Under the pieces are notes generated by a model. It was not told the DNA's origin, did not search any database, and saw nothing but the letters and a program-made list of their open reading frames with translations. DNA of 64,000 nucleotides from Mantamonas sphyraenae STR306 (Eukaryota > Protista > CRuMs): positions 501,289-565,288 of the forward strand of contig JAPMXV010000044.1 in NCBI GenBank assembly GCA_026936335.1. Direction: 5' to 3'. Positions within the stretch are counted from its first letter, which is position 1. Each line of letters opens with the position of its first letter. Both the position numbers and the translations under genes were made by a program. Below are positions 35,701-47,700 of the stretch, piece after piece.

Positions 35701-38700
35701 CCAAGGTGGCAGCGGAGCCGGAGGAGCGCAGGTGACGACCGCAACGATTGCAGTTACAGTGACAAGCGAGAATGACGCACCGGTGTTGACCATTGGCTCG
35801 ACATACACGGTGTCTGAAGACACGGTGCTGACGATGAGCGGCGTCGACGTGACAGACGTGGACATCGACAACAAGGCGATGTTCTTCCGCCTGATTGCGA
35901 CTTCGGGAGTGATTTCTCTGAAGCAGACGAACGGGCTGACGTTCTCGACGGGCGACGGCACATGGGACGCCACGCAGCAGTTTACGGGCGTGGTGACCAG
36001 CGTGCGCAACGCCATCACGCAACTGCGCTACAGGCCAAACACAGACTTTAGCGGCACCGAATCGATGACAGTGCAGGTGAACGATTTCGGCTTCAACGGC
36101 GCAGGTGGAGCCAAGGGTGAGATCCGCACGGTGACCATCAACGTGCAAGGCACGAACGATCCACCTGTAGTCAACGTACCGGGCGCTCAGACGGGCGCTG
36201 AGGACACTGACCTGACTATTGGCGGCGGCTTGGTGAGCGTTTCTGATCCAGATGCCGGCGCGGGTACCATGGCGATGAACGTGAGCGTGACGCCTGGTGC
36301 GACTCTGACATTTGGCACAACGACTGGTCTGACCTTCAGCGTGGGTGACGGGAACAATGACACGCGCATGGAGATGCAAGGCACTCTGGGCAGCCTTAAC
36401 CTTGCCCTGTTTCAGGTGATTGTGCACCCGGAGGCCAATTTTGCCGGCGCCGTGACAGTGCAGATTGACGTAAACGACCAAGGCAACTCTGGAACTGGTG
36501 TGGCATTCGGAGCCACCGGCTCATTTGTGGTCAACGTGGTGGCTGCCAACGATGGCCCCACGCTGACCGTGGCCAGCAGCAGCTTCACGGTCAGTGAAGA
36601 CGGAAACGTGTTGGTAACGGGCATGAGCGTGAGTGATATCGACGTGGCCACGGGTCTGATGGAGTTTAATGTCACTGGAGGCCAAGGCGTGGTGAGTCTT
36701 GTGGCGACCACAGGCTACGTGTTCTCCGTGGGAGACGGCGTGTTGGACGGCACGGTCGTGTTCAGGAGCACGCTGTCGACCTTCAACACAAACATGGCCT
36801 CGGGCGTGCGCTACTACCCAGCAGCAGAGTACAACGGCAACGAGGCAGCTGTGCACGTCAGCGTGAGCGATCTCGGTGGCACCGGCACGGGTGGCGCACA
36901 AACGGATGCCAAGGTGATCTATGGCATGGTGGAAGCTGTGAACGACGCGCCGGTTCTGACTGTACCCAGCGGGGTGGTCAGCGTCAACGAGGATGTGGAT
37001 GTGACGATCCTGGGCATCAGCGTAGCCGATCTGGATGTGGGCAGCGGGACGCTGTCGATGAACATCTCGACTGCCTCGGGCGGACGCGTGTGGTTGTTGA
37101 CCTCCAACGGCCTCACGTACTCGCTGGGCGACGGGAGCGACGACACGGAGATGCGCTTCCGAGCCATCGGACTCGGCTTCCTGAACGGCGCGGTGAGTGG
37201 CGGCATCGTGTACCGAAGCGCTGCAAACTACTTTGGGCAGGACAACATCACGCTGAGTGTAAGCGACGACGGCAACACTGGATGCTGTGGCGCACTGTTC
37301 GACACAGGCGTCATCCAAGTGTCTGTGAACAGCGTGAACGACCCGATTGTGCTGAACGTGCCTGGCGCACAGGTAGTGAACGAAGACGCAGACTTGTCTG
37401 TGAGCGGCGTCAACGTGACGGACGTGGATGTGGCAGCCGGGAACATTCTGATGGAACTGGAGGTGACGCAGGGCACGCTGAGCCTGGCCAGCGGCGCTGG
37501 GATCACGTTTTCGGTTGGCGGACCCACGAACAACGCCAAGATGCAAGGTGTGGGCACGCTGACGAGCTGGAACGCAGCGTTGGCGGGCCTTGTTTACCGT
37601 GGTGCGACGCATTGGTTCGGCACGGACACGATCAAGGTGTACGCGAACGACCAGCAGGGCACAACGGCGAACAGCACGATTGCAGTCACCGTGACGAGCG
37701 TGAATGACGCACCCACAGTGGTCAGCGCTGTGGGCACACAGAGCACTGTGGAAGACACCCCGATTGCCATTGGCAGTGGTTGGTCTGTGAGCGACGTCGA
37801 CGTGGGCACGGGTCTGGTCAAGGTGAACGTGACCGTGAACAACGGCGTGCTGAGTCTGACGGGCAGTCTGGCAGGCGTGACTTTCTCCATTGGTAACGGC
37901 ACCCAGGACGGCACGATGGAGTTCACGGGCAACCTGACCTCTGTGAACGCAGCGATGAGCAGCCTGGGATACAAACCCAACACCGACTACAACGGCGTGG
38001 ACACAGTGGTCATGATCGTTGACGACGGTGCCGGCGGCGTTGCATCAAGTAGCTTCAATGTGATTGTGGAGAGCGTGGACGACGCGCTCGTGGTGACAGT
38101 CGTTGCAGGTGGTCTGACGATCGCCGAAGACACAGACCTGACGATTACGGGCGTGAGCGTGAGCGATGCGGATCTGGGCTCAGGCGAACTACTGATGAAC
38201 GTCAGCGTGAGCCAGGGTCTGCTTTGGCTGAACACGACGACAGGCCTTGTGTTCCGCGAGGGAGACGGCGTCGCAGACGCAACCGTCAAGTTTGTCGGCA
38301 ACCTGACAGAGATCAACGCGGCACTGACAGGTTTGGTGTACCGAGGCGCACAAGACTGGTTTGGCACCGAATTGATGGTCGTGTGGGCGAGCAACGAGGT
38401 GAACACCACGACGTCGCGCACGCAAACGATTGCAGTCACGAGCGTCAACGACGGCCCCGTGTGGAGTGCACCGACATCTGGAAGCGTGAACGAAGACATC
38501 GAACTGACCATCAGTGGCGTGAGCGTGAGCGACGTGGACGTGGGTACGGGATCTATGCGCTTCAACTTGACGAGCGAAAAGGGCGGCGTGCTCAGCCTGG
38601 GCACAGCGGCCGGACTCAGTTTCACGGTGGGCGGCCAGACCAACAGCCAGGAGATGGTGTTTACATCCACACTGTCTGCATTCAACACGGCCGTTGCGAG

Positions 38701-41700
38701 CGCGGGCCTGGTCGTGCGTGGCGCTGGCGACTTTAACGGCGAAGAGGTGTTCTTGCTTCAGGTGGATGACCAGCAAGGCGCAACTGCAACACACGAGATC
38801 CGAGTTACGGTGGCGCCTGTGAACGATGCACCTGTTGTGAGCCTTGTTGGCGGCGTGACCGTGAACGAAGAGACGGAGGTGGCCATCGGCGGAGTGAACA
38901 TCGTGGACGTGGACTATGCGGGCGGCAACGTGCGTGCCAACGTGAGTGCAACACACGGTGTGGTGCGAGTGGGTGCCCTGGAAGGAAAGACGCTCAGTGT
39001 CACGGGCAACATGACATGGGTCAACAGCGTGCTGAGCACACTGAGGTACCAGGGAGACGCGAACTACGTCGGCAGCGACACAGTGCAGGTGGTGTCCGAG
39101 GACGATTTCGGCGCGGTGAGCAACGTTGGCGGCGCGGTGGTGACGGTGATCGGCGTGAACGACGCACCCGTGCTGACTGTGCCAGGAGGGCAAAGTGTCA
39201 GCGAAGACATTTCGCTGACGGTCTTTGGCCTGGAGGTGAGCGACGTGGACGCTGGCACAGTGCTCGTGGTCAACATCACGAGCGCATTCGGATCGATTTC
39301 GCCAAGCTCCTTCAGCGGAAGTGTGGCGAGCGTGAACGCGACACTTGCTGGTGGACTTGTGTACCGAGGCTACCAAGACTGGTTTGGAACGGACACAATT
39401 GTGGTGAGCGTGAGCGACGGCTCTTCTACAGTGAATGGCACCATTGTGGTGACTGTGAGCGCTGTAAACGACGCGCCGGTGGTCTCTGTACCAGGCGCGC
39501 AGGTCGTGAACGAAGACACCGACCTCACGATCACGGGTCTGAACGTGAGTGACGTGGACAGCACTATGGTGTGGGTGTCCGTGAACGCCACATACGGTAC
39601 AGTGTCGCCTGCAAGTGCATCAGGCAACGTGACAGCGGTCGTATCCGCACTGTCGCAGATTGTGTACCGTGCCCCGACACAGTGGAACGGAGCGGACGTG
39701 GTGACGGTGACGGTGAGCGACGGCACGGCATCTGTGAACGCAACCATTGCCGTGACGGTGACCGCAGTGAACGATGGCCCTGTACTCACCGGATGGCCGG
39801 TGCCACTGCAGACTGCGTACGAAGACACACCGTTTGTGCTGACAGGTGCAGGCGTTACAGATGCGGACGCAGGCACGTCGGACGTGCTCATGCGTCTGTC
39901 TGTGGGTGCAGGTGTGCTGTCGTTGAACTCGACAAGCGGCCTGACGTTTGTGCAAGGCGACGGCGTCAGCGACGCGGTGGTAGAGTTCCGCGGCACACTC
40001 ACCGCAGTGAACGCGGCAGTCGAGCGCATTGTGTACCTGGCCGGTTCAGAGTACCAAGGCGCTGAGACGATTTCGGTGTTTGCAAGTGACTTGGGCAACA
40101 CGGGCACAGGTGGTACGTTGACCGCAACTGCATCTGTGTTCTTGGACGTGCAGGGCGTGAACGACGCGCCTGTGGTGACGGTGCCTGGAGCACAGACTGT
40201 GGACGAAGACACGGACCTGACGATCACTGGTGTGAGCGTGAGCGACGTGGACATCTTTGCGGGCACCATGGTCGCCAACGTGAGCGTGGCCAATGGAGCC
40301 GTAAGCCTGGCGACGACCGCTAGTCTGACGTTTGTGCGCGGAGACGGAGTGGCAGACCCGTCGGTGGAGTTCCAAGGAACGCTGACCGCAGTGAACGCAG
40401 CCTTGGCCAGCATTGTGTACCGCGGCGACCCGAACTGGTACGGCGTGGACAGTCTGGTTGTGCAAGCCACAGACGGCAGCGACCTGGCAACAGGCAGTGT
40501 GAACGTGTTTGTGAGCGCGGTGAACGACGCGATCAACGTGACGCACGGAGGTGTTGTGAACGGCTTTGAGGACACAGACGTGTCGCTGAGCGGAGTGCTC
40601 GCCGTGGTGGACGTGGACAGCGGCGTGGTTGTGGTGAACGTGAGTGTGTCACAGGGAAGCGTGAGCCTGGGCACGACGACCGGGCTTGTGTTTGTGCAGG
40701 GAGACGGGGTGGCGGACGCGTTTATGGAGATGCAAGGCGAGAAGAGCGCGATGAACACGGCGCTGAACAGCATGGTGTACCGCGGGGCAGCCAACTGGAA
40801 CGGTCTGGAAGTGATGACCATTGGAGCGCGCGATGTGAACGGCAGCAGCGTTGTGGTGTACCAAAGTGTGAACATCGCTGCAGTGAACGACGCACCGAGC
40901 GTGAGTGTGCCGAGCAGTGCGAGCGCGGCCGAGGACACGGATGTCGTGATCAACGGCATCAGCGTGAGCGACGTGGACATTGGAGCGGGCAGCCTGACGG
41001 TGAAGCTGAGCGCAGGACAGGGCGTTGTGAGCCTTGCTGGCGTCGGCGGCCTGACGTTTGTGCAGGGCGACGGCGTGAGTGACGCTGTGGTGGAGTTCCA
41101 GGGCACGCTGACTGCAGTGAACGCGGCGGTGAACGGAGTGACGTACCGTGGCAACGCGAACTACTTTGGCAGCGATGCTGTGGTGGTTAGCGTGAGCGAC
41201 GGGTCGCTGAGTGTGAACGGCACGGTCGCAGTGAGCGTGAGTGCTGTGAACGACGCGCCTGTGGTGACGGTGCCTGGAGCACAGAACGTGAACGAGGACA
41301 CGGACCTGACGATCACTGGTGTGAGCGTGAGCGACGTGGACATTGGCGCAGGTGTGATGAGCGTCAACGTGAGCGTGAGCAGTGGCACGGTTGTGCCGAG
41401 CACAGTGTCTGGCAACTTGACTGCGGTGAACGCCGCGCTGGCGAGCATTGTGTACCGCGGAAACAGCGACTTTAACGGGGCGGACGTGGTGACAGTGCGT
41501 GCTGGAGACGGACTGCTTGTGGGCGTGGGCACGATCAACGTGAACGTGGCCAACGTGAACGACGCACCGAGCGTGAGTGTGCCGAGCAGTGCGAGCGCCG
41601 CCGAGGACACGGATGTCGTGATCAACGGCATCAGCGTGAGCGACGTGGACATTGGAGCGGGCAGCCTGACGGTGAAGCTGAGCGCAGGACAGGGCGTTGT

Positions 41701-44700
41701 GAGCCTTGCTGGCGTCGGCGGCCTGACGTTTGTGCAGGGCGACGGCGTGAGTGACGCTGTGGTGGAGTTCCAGGGCACGCTGACTGCAGTGAACGCGGCG
41801 GTGAACGGAGTGACGTACCGTGGCAACGCGAACTACTTTGGCAGCGATGCTGTGGTGGTTAGCGTGAGCGACGGGTCGCTGAGTGTGAACGGCACGGTCG
41901 CAGTGAGCGTGAGTGCTGTGAACGACGCGCCTGTGGTGACGGTGCCTGGAGCACAGAACGTGAACGAGGACACGGACCTGACGATCACTGGTGTGAGCGT
42001 GAGCGACGTGGACATTGGCGCAGGTGTGATGAGCGTCAACGTGAGTGTGAGCAGCGGCACGGTTGTGCCAAGCACAGTGTCTGGCAACTTGACTGCGGTG
42101 AACGCCGCGCTGGCGAGCATTGTGTACCGCGGAAACAGCGACTTTAACGGGGCGGACGTGGTGACAGTGCGTGCTGGAGACGGGCTGCTTGTGGGCGTGG
42201 GCACGATCAACGTGAACGTGGCCAACGTGAACGACGCACCGAGTGTGAGTGTGCCGAGCAGCGCGAGCGCCGCCGAGGACACGGATGTCGTGATCAACGG
42301 CATCAGCGTGAGCGACGTGGACATTGGAGCGGGCAGCCTGACGGTGAAACTGAGCGCGGGACAAGGCGTTGTGAGCCTTGCTGGCGTCGGCGGCCTGACG
42401 TTTGTGCAGGGCGACGGCGTGAGTGACGCTGTGGTGGAGTTCCAGGGCACGCTGACTGCAGTGAACGCGGCGGTGAACGGAGTGACGTACCGTGGCAACG
42501 CGAACTACTTTGGCAGCGATGCAGTGGTGGTTAGCGTGAGCGACGGGTCGCTGAGCGTGAACGGCACGATCGCAGTGAGTGTGAGTGCTGTGAACGACGC
42601 GCCTGTGGTGACGGTGCCTGGAGCACAGACTGTGGACGAAGACACGGACCTGACGATCACTGGTGTGAGCGTGAGCGACGTGGACATCTTTGCGGGCACC
42701 ATGGTCGCCAACGTGAGCGTGGCCAATGGAGCCGTAAGCCTGGCGACGACCGCTAGTCTGACGTTTGTGCGCGGAGACGGAGTGGCAGACCCGTCGGTGG
42801 AGTTCCAAGGAACGCTGACCGCAGTGAACGCAGCCTTGGCCAGCATTGTGTACCGCGGCGACCCGAACTGGTACGGCGTGGACAGTCTGGTTGTGCAAGC
42901 CACAGACGGCAGCGACCTGGCAACAGGCAGTGTGAACGTGTTTGTGAGCGCGGTGAACGACGCGATCAACGTGACGCACGGAGGTGTTGTGAACGGCTTT
43001 GAGGACACAGACGTGTCGCTGAGCGGAGTGCTCGCCGTGGTGGACGTGGACAGCGGCGTGGTTGTGGTGAACGTGAGTGTGTCACAGGGAAGCGTGAGCC
43101 TGGGCACGACGACCGGGCTTGTGTTTGTGCAGGGAGACGGGGTGGCGGACGCGTTTATGGAGATGCAAGGCGAGAAGAGCGCGATGAACACGGCGCTGAA
43201 CAGCATGGTGTACCGCGGGGCAGCCAACTGGAACGGTCTGGAAGTGATGACCATTGGAGCGCGCGATGTGAACGGCAGCAGCGTTGTGGTGTACCAAAGT
43301 GTGAACATCGCTGCAGTGAACGACGCACCGAGCGTGAGTGTGCCGAGCAGTGCGAGCGCGGCCGAGGACACGGATGTCGTGATCAACGGCATCAGCGTGA
43401 GCGACGTGGACATTGGAGCGGGCAGCCTGACGGTGAAGCTGAGCGCAGGACAGGGCGTTGTGAGCCTTGCTGGCGTCGGCGGCCTGACGTTTGTGCAGGG
43501 CGACGGCGTGAGTGACGCTGTGGTGGAGTTCCAGGGCACGCTGACTGCAGTGAACGCGGCGGTGAACGGAGTGACGTACCGTGGCAACGCGAACTACTTT
43601 GGCAGCGATGCTGTGGTGGTTAGCGTGAGCGACGGGTCGCTGAGTGTGAACGGCACGGTCGCAGTGAGCGTGAGTGCTGTGAACGACGCGCCTGTGGTGA
43701 CGGTGCCTGGAGCACAGAACGTGAACGAGGACACGGACCTGACGATCACTGGTGTGAGCGTGAGCGACGTGGACATTGGCGCAGGTGTGATGAGCGTCAA
43801 CGTGAGTGTGAGCAGCGGCACGGTTGTGCCGAGCACAGTGTCTGGCAACTTGACTGCGGTGAACGCCGCGCTGGCGAGCATTGTGTACCGCGGAAACAGC
43901 GACTTTAACGGGGCGGACGTGGTGACAGTGCGTGCTGGAGACGGACTGCTTGTGGGCGTGGGCACGATCAACGTGAACGTGGCCAACGTGAACGACGCAC
44001 CGAGTGTGAGTGTGCCGAGCAGCGCGAGCGCCGCCGAGGACACGGATGTCGTGATCAACGGCATCAGCGTGAGCGACGTGGACATTGGAGCGGGCAGCCT
44101 GACGGTGAAACTGAGCGCAGGACAGGGCGTTGTGAGCCTTGCTGGCGTCGGCGGCCTGACGTTTGTGCAGGGCGACGGCGTGAGTGACGCTGTGGTGGAG
44201 TTCCAGGGCACGCTGACTGCAGTGAACGCGGCGGTGAACGGAGTGACGTACCGTGGCAACGCGAACTACTTTGGCAGCGATGCTGTGGTGGTTAGCGTGA
44301 GCGACGGGTCGCTGAGTGTGAACGGCACGGTCGCAGTGAGCGTGAGTGCTGTGAACGACGCGCCTGTGGTGACGGTGCCTGGAGCACAGAACGTGAACGA
44401 GGACACGGACCTGACGATCACTGGTGTGAGCGTGAGCGACGTGGACATTGGCGCAGGTGTGATGAGCGTCAACGTGAGCGTGAGCAGTGGCACGGTCGTG
44501 CCGAGCACAGTGTCTGGCAACTTGACTGCGGTGAACGCCGCGCTGGCGAGCATTGTGTACCGCGGAAACAGCGACTTTAACGGGGCGGACGTGGTGACAG
44601 TGCGTGCTGGAGACGGACTGCTTGTGGGCGTGGGCACGATCAACGTGAACGTGGCCAACGTGAACGACGCACCGAGTGTGAGTGTGCCGAGCAGCGCGAG

Positions 44701-47700
44701 CGCCGCCGAGGACACGGATGTCGTGATCAACGGCATCAGCGTGAGCGACGTGGACATTGGAGCGGGCAGCCTGACGGTGAAGCTGAGCGCAGGACAGGGC
44801 GTTGTGAGCCTTGCTGGCGTCGGCGGCCTGACGTTTGTGCAGGGCGACGGCGTGAGTGACGCTGTGGTGGAGTTCCAGGGCACGCTGACTGCAGTGAACG
44901 CGGCGGTGAACGGAGTGACGTACCGTGGCAACGCGAACTACTTTGGCAGCGATGCAGTGGTGGTTAGCGTGAGCGACGGGTCGCTGAGTGTGAACGGCAC
45001 GACCGCAGTGAGCGTGAGTGCTGTGAACGACGCGCCTGTGGTGACGGTGCCTGGAGCACAGACTGTGGACGAAGACACGGATCTGACGATCACTGGTGTG
45101 AGCGTGAGCGACGTGGACATTGGCGCAGGTGTGATGAGCGTCAACGTGAGCGTGAGCAGCGGCACGGTTGTGCCGAGCACAACTACTGGTACACTCACGG
45201 CGGTGAACGCCGCGCTGGCGAGCATTGTGTACCGCGGAAACAGCGACTTTAACGGGGCGGACGTGGTGACAGTGCGTGCTGGAGACGGATTGCTTGTGGG
45301 CGTGGGCACGATCAACGTGATTGTCAACGCAAACAACGACCAAATCGGCATTGACGTGCCACTGGCCCAGACCGTTGCCGAGGACACCAACCTTGTGTTG
45401 CCAGCGATCAACGTGACCGATGTGGACATCGGAGCCAACAACATGGAGGTGACGTTGAACGTGACATCTGGCACGATTGTGCTGGCTCAGACGACCGGGT
45501 TGACGTTCTCTCAAGGGGATGGCACTACCCCGAGTTCGGTGCAGCAGTTCCTCGGCTCGTTGACAAACAGCCGTGCAGCTCTGAGTGGAGTGACCTACCG
45601 AGGCGCGCTGAACTATTTTGGTGCAGACGCACTCGTGGTGACTGTAAACGACCAAGGTTCCGTTGGATCGGGAGGTACCACCGTGGCTTCCAAGACGGTG
45701 GCCATCACGGTGACTCCTGTGAACGACGAACCGTTGGCCGAGGACTCGAAGTGGGAGGTGGACGAAGACAAGTGGGTGCTGGTGCAGCTCAACGGAACAG
45801 ACGTGGAAACTCCATCGACGTCGTTGACGGCCATCATTCGCACGCTGCCTGCTCGCGGCCGACTGTTCCAAAGCACTGCAGCTGGAACCAAGGGTGCACA
45901 GATCGTCGGCGCGCACACTGCGGTGAGCGATGCGCAGCGACGGGTGATCTACCAGCCGGACGGCGCGAGTGGTACTGGCAGCTTCTTTGCTCTGTTCGAT
46001 TTTGCGGTCGTGGATAGCGGAGCACTGGCAAGTTCGGTGTACGGAAGGGTCAACGTATCTGTGGTGGCTCTTCCTGCCGGCCCAGCCATTGTGAGCGCGG
46101 TGTGGCGTGATCCGGCAAACGACGACATTGTGCTGGATGTGAACGACACGTTGCGCGTGTGTTTTGACGTGGCCACAAATCAGCCCACACTGATTGACAA
46201 GAGTGCTGTGGACGCGGTGTTTGCATTTAACGTGGGCAGTGCATACAGTGGCTCGTGGGTGACCGAGTCGTGTGCCGACCTGCGCGTCGAGGCGTTGGCC
46301 GGTGCGTACAGCGTGAACCTGGGAGTGGACACGGTGAGTGTGGTCGGATTGCTGCGTAATGCAGCGGAGCGCACGCTTGTGTCGAACAGCTCTCGTGTGG
46401 TGGGAGGCAACTTGGGAACCAAGAGTGGCCCTTCGCTGATGAGCGTGTATGGCGAGGATCCGGGCAACCGCGACAACGAGTGGAGCGTGGGTGACACGGT
46501 TGTGCTTGTGTTTAGCGAGGCGACAAACGAGGTGAACGTGAGCACGCAGGCGCAGGTGGACGCCGTGGTTCGTTTCGACGGGGGCGTGCTTGGAAGTGCG
46601 TACCATGGATCGTGGCGAAACAACCGCACGCTGGTGATTACGATTGACGCGCTGCACGGTGGTGCTGCGCCTGTACTGAGTGCACTGAACGTGACCATGC
46701 TTGCTGGTGGCGATGTGCGCGCCGGCGACGCTGGATCGTCGCTTCCCTCTACGGCGACGTTTACGGGAGTGGGCGGCACGTTTGGCACGTATGACCCACA
46801 GTGGGTGCTTCTGGTTGCAGTGAACGCGAAAACGCTTCACGTGTACATGAACATGCCCACGAAGTTTGAGCCTGTGGCAACCAAGGCACAGGTGGACGCG
46901 TTCTTGCGACCGCCGTTGGCCCTGCTGTCGAACTTTACCGGGTACAATGGTACGTGGCTGAACAGCACGGTGCTGGTGCTGAACGTGACCGAGACGATTC
47001 CTGTGATCCCTGGACTCGTGGTTACGCCAACGCTGCCGCCTGGACCCAAGATCACGCTGTTGGAGACGTCTGATCCGGACGACGCGGACGCGGTGCACGG
47101 TGTGGGCGATGTGATCAGCATCTACTTTGATGTGGCCACGAACCAACCTACGGTTGCGACGAAGCCGGATCTGGACTCGCTGTTTGCGTTTTCGCAACCG
47201 TTGGGTGCAGACTACACCGGTGTATGGCGCAACGCGAGCGTACTGGACATTACGGTGGTGTCGATGGTGGGCACGCCGTCGATGGACTTGATCACCAACG
47301 TGCTGAACCTGACTGTGACGGGCAACATTCTGACTGCCGACTCTTTCAGTTCGAGCAGCGCAGGTGTGGCAAGTGCGTCTGCGGTGGGCTCATGGGGCTC
47401 GCTGCCTGGACCGAACGTGACAGTGGCCGAGTTCAAGGACGACGGCAACAGCAACGCTGTGTACGACCTGAACGACTACCTCGAAATCCAGTTTGACCGC
47501 AACACGAACCGACCTGCCATGAGCAACAAGGCGGCAGTTGACTCGCACATCACTTTCTCGCAAGAGATTGGACGCAACTACCGCGGCGTGTGGGCAAACG
47601 CACGTACGCTGCAAATCCGCCTGACCGAGCTTGGCACGACTGTGCCTACGCTGCGCAGCGCGACATCTGGTAGCAGTGTGGTGCAGCGCAGTGGCACCGG

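Noticed and set aside
40157-45320. CRISPR array or mobile element
   Set aside because: The repeats are in-frame protein domains of 309-363 bp with no unique spacers, terminal repeats or transposase/RT motifs.
24430-46070. Bacterial contamination or misjoined bacterial adhesin
   Set aside because: The region is contiguous in one ORF with eukaryotic EGF/PSI modules and spliced 5' exons, flanked by eukaryotic genes and a telomere. No RTX/T1SS signal was seen.
43082-47197. 1371-aa antisense ORF (also 22106-24817, 40649-42979, 49028-51598 and many T/S/V-rich antisense ORFs)
   Set aside because: Shadow frames of the GC-rich, codon-biased giant gene; His/Arg- or Thr-rich translations with no domain motifs.
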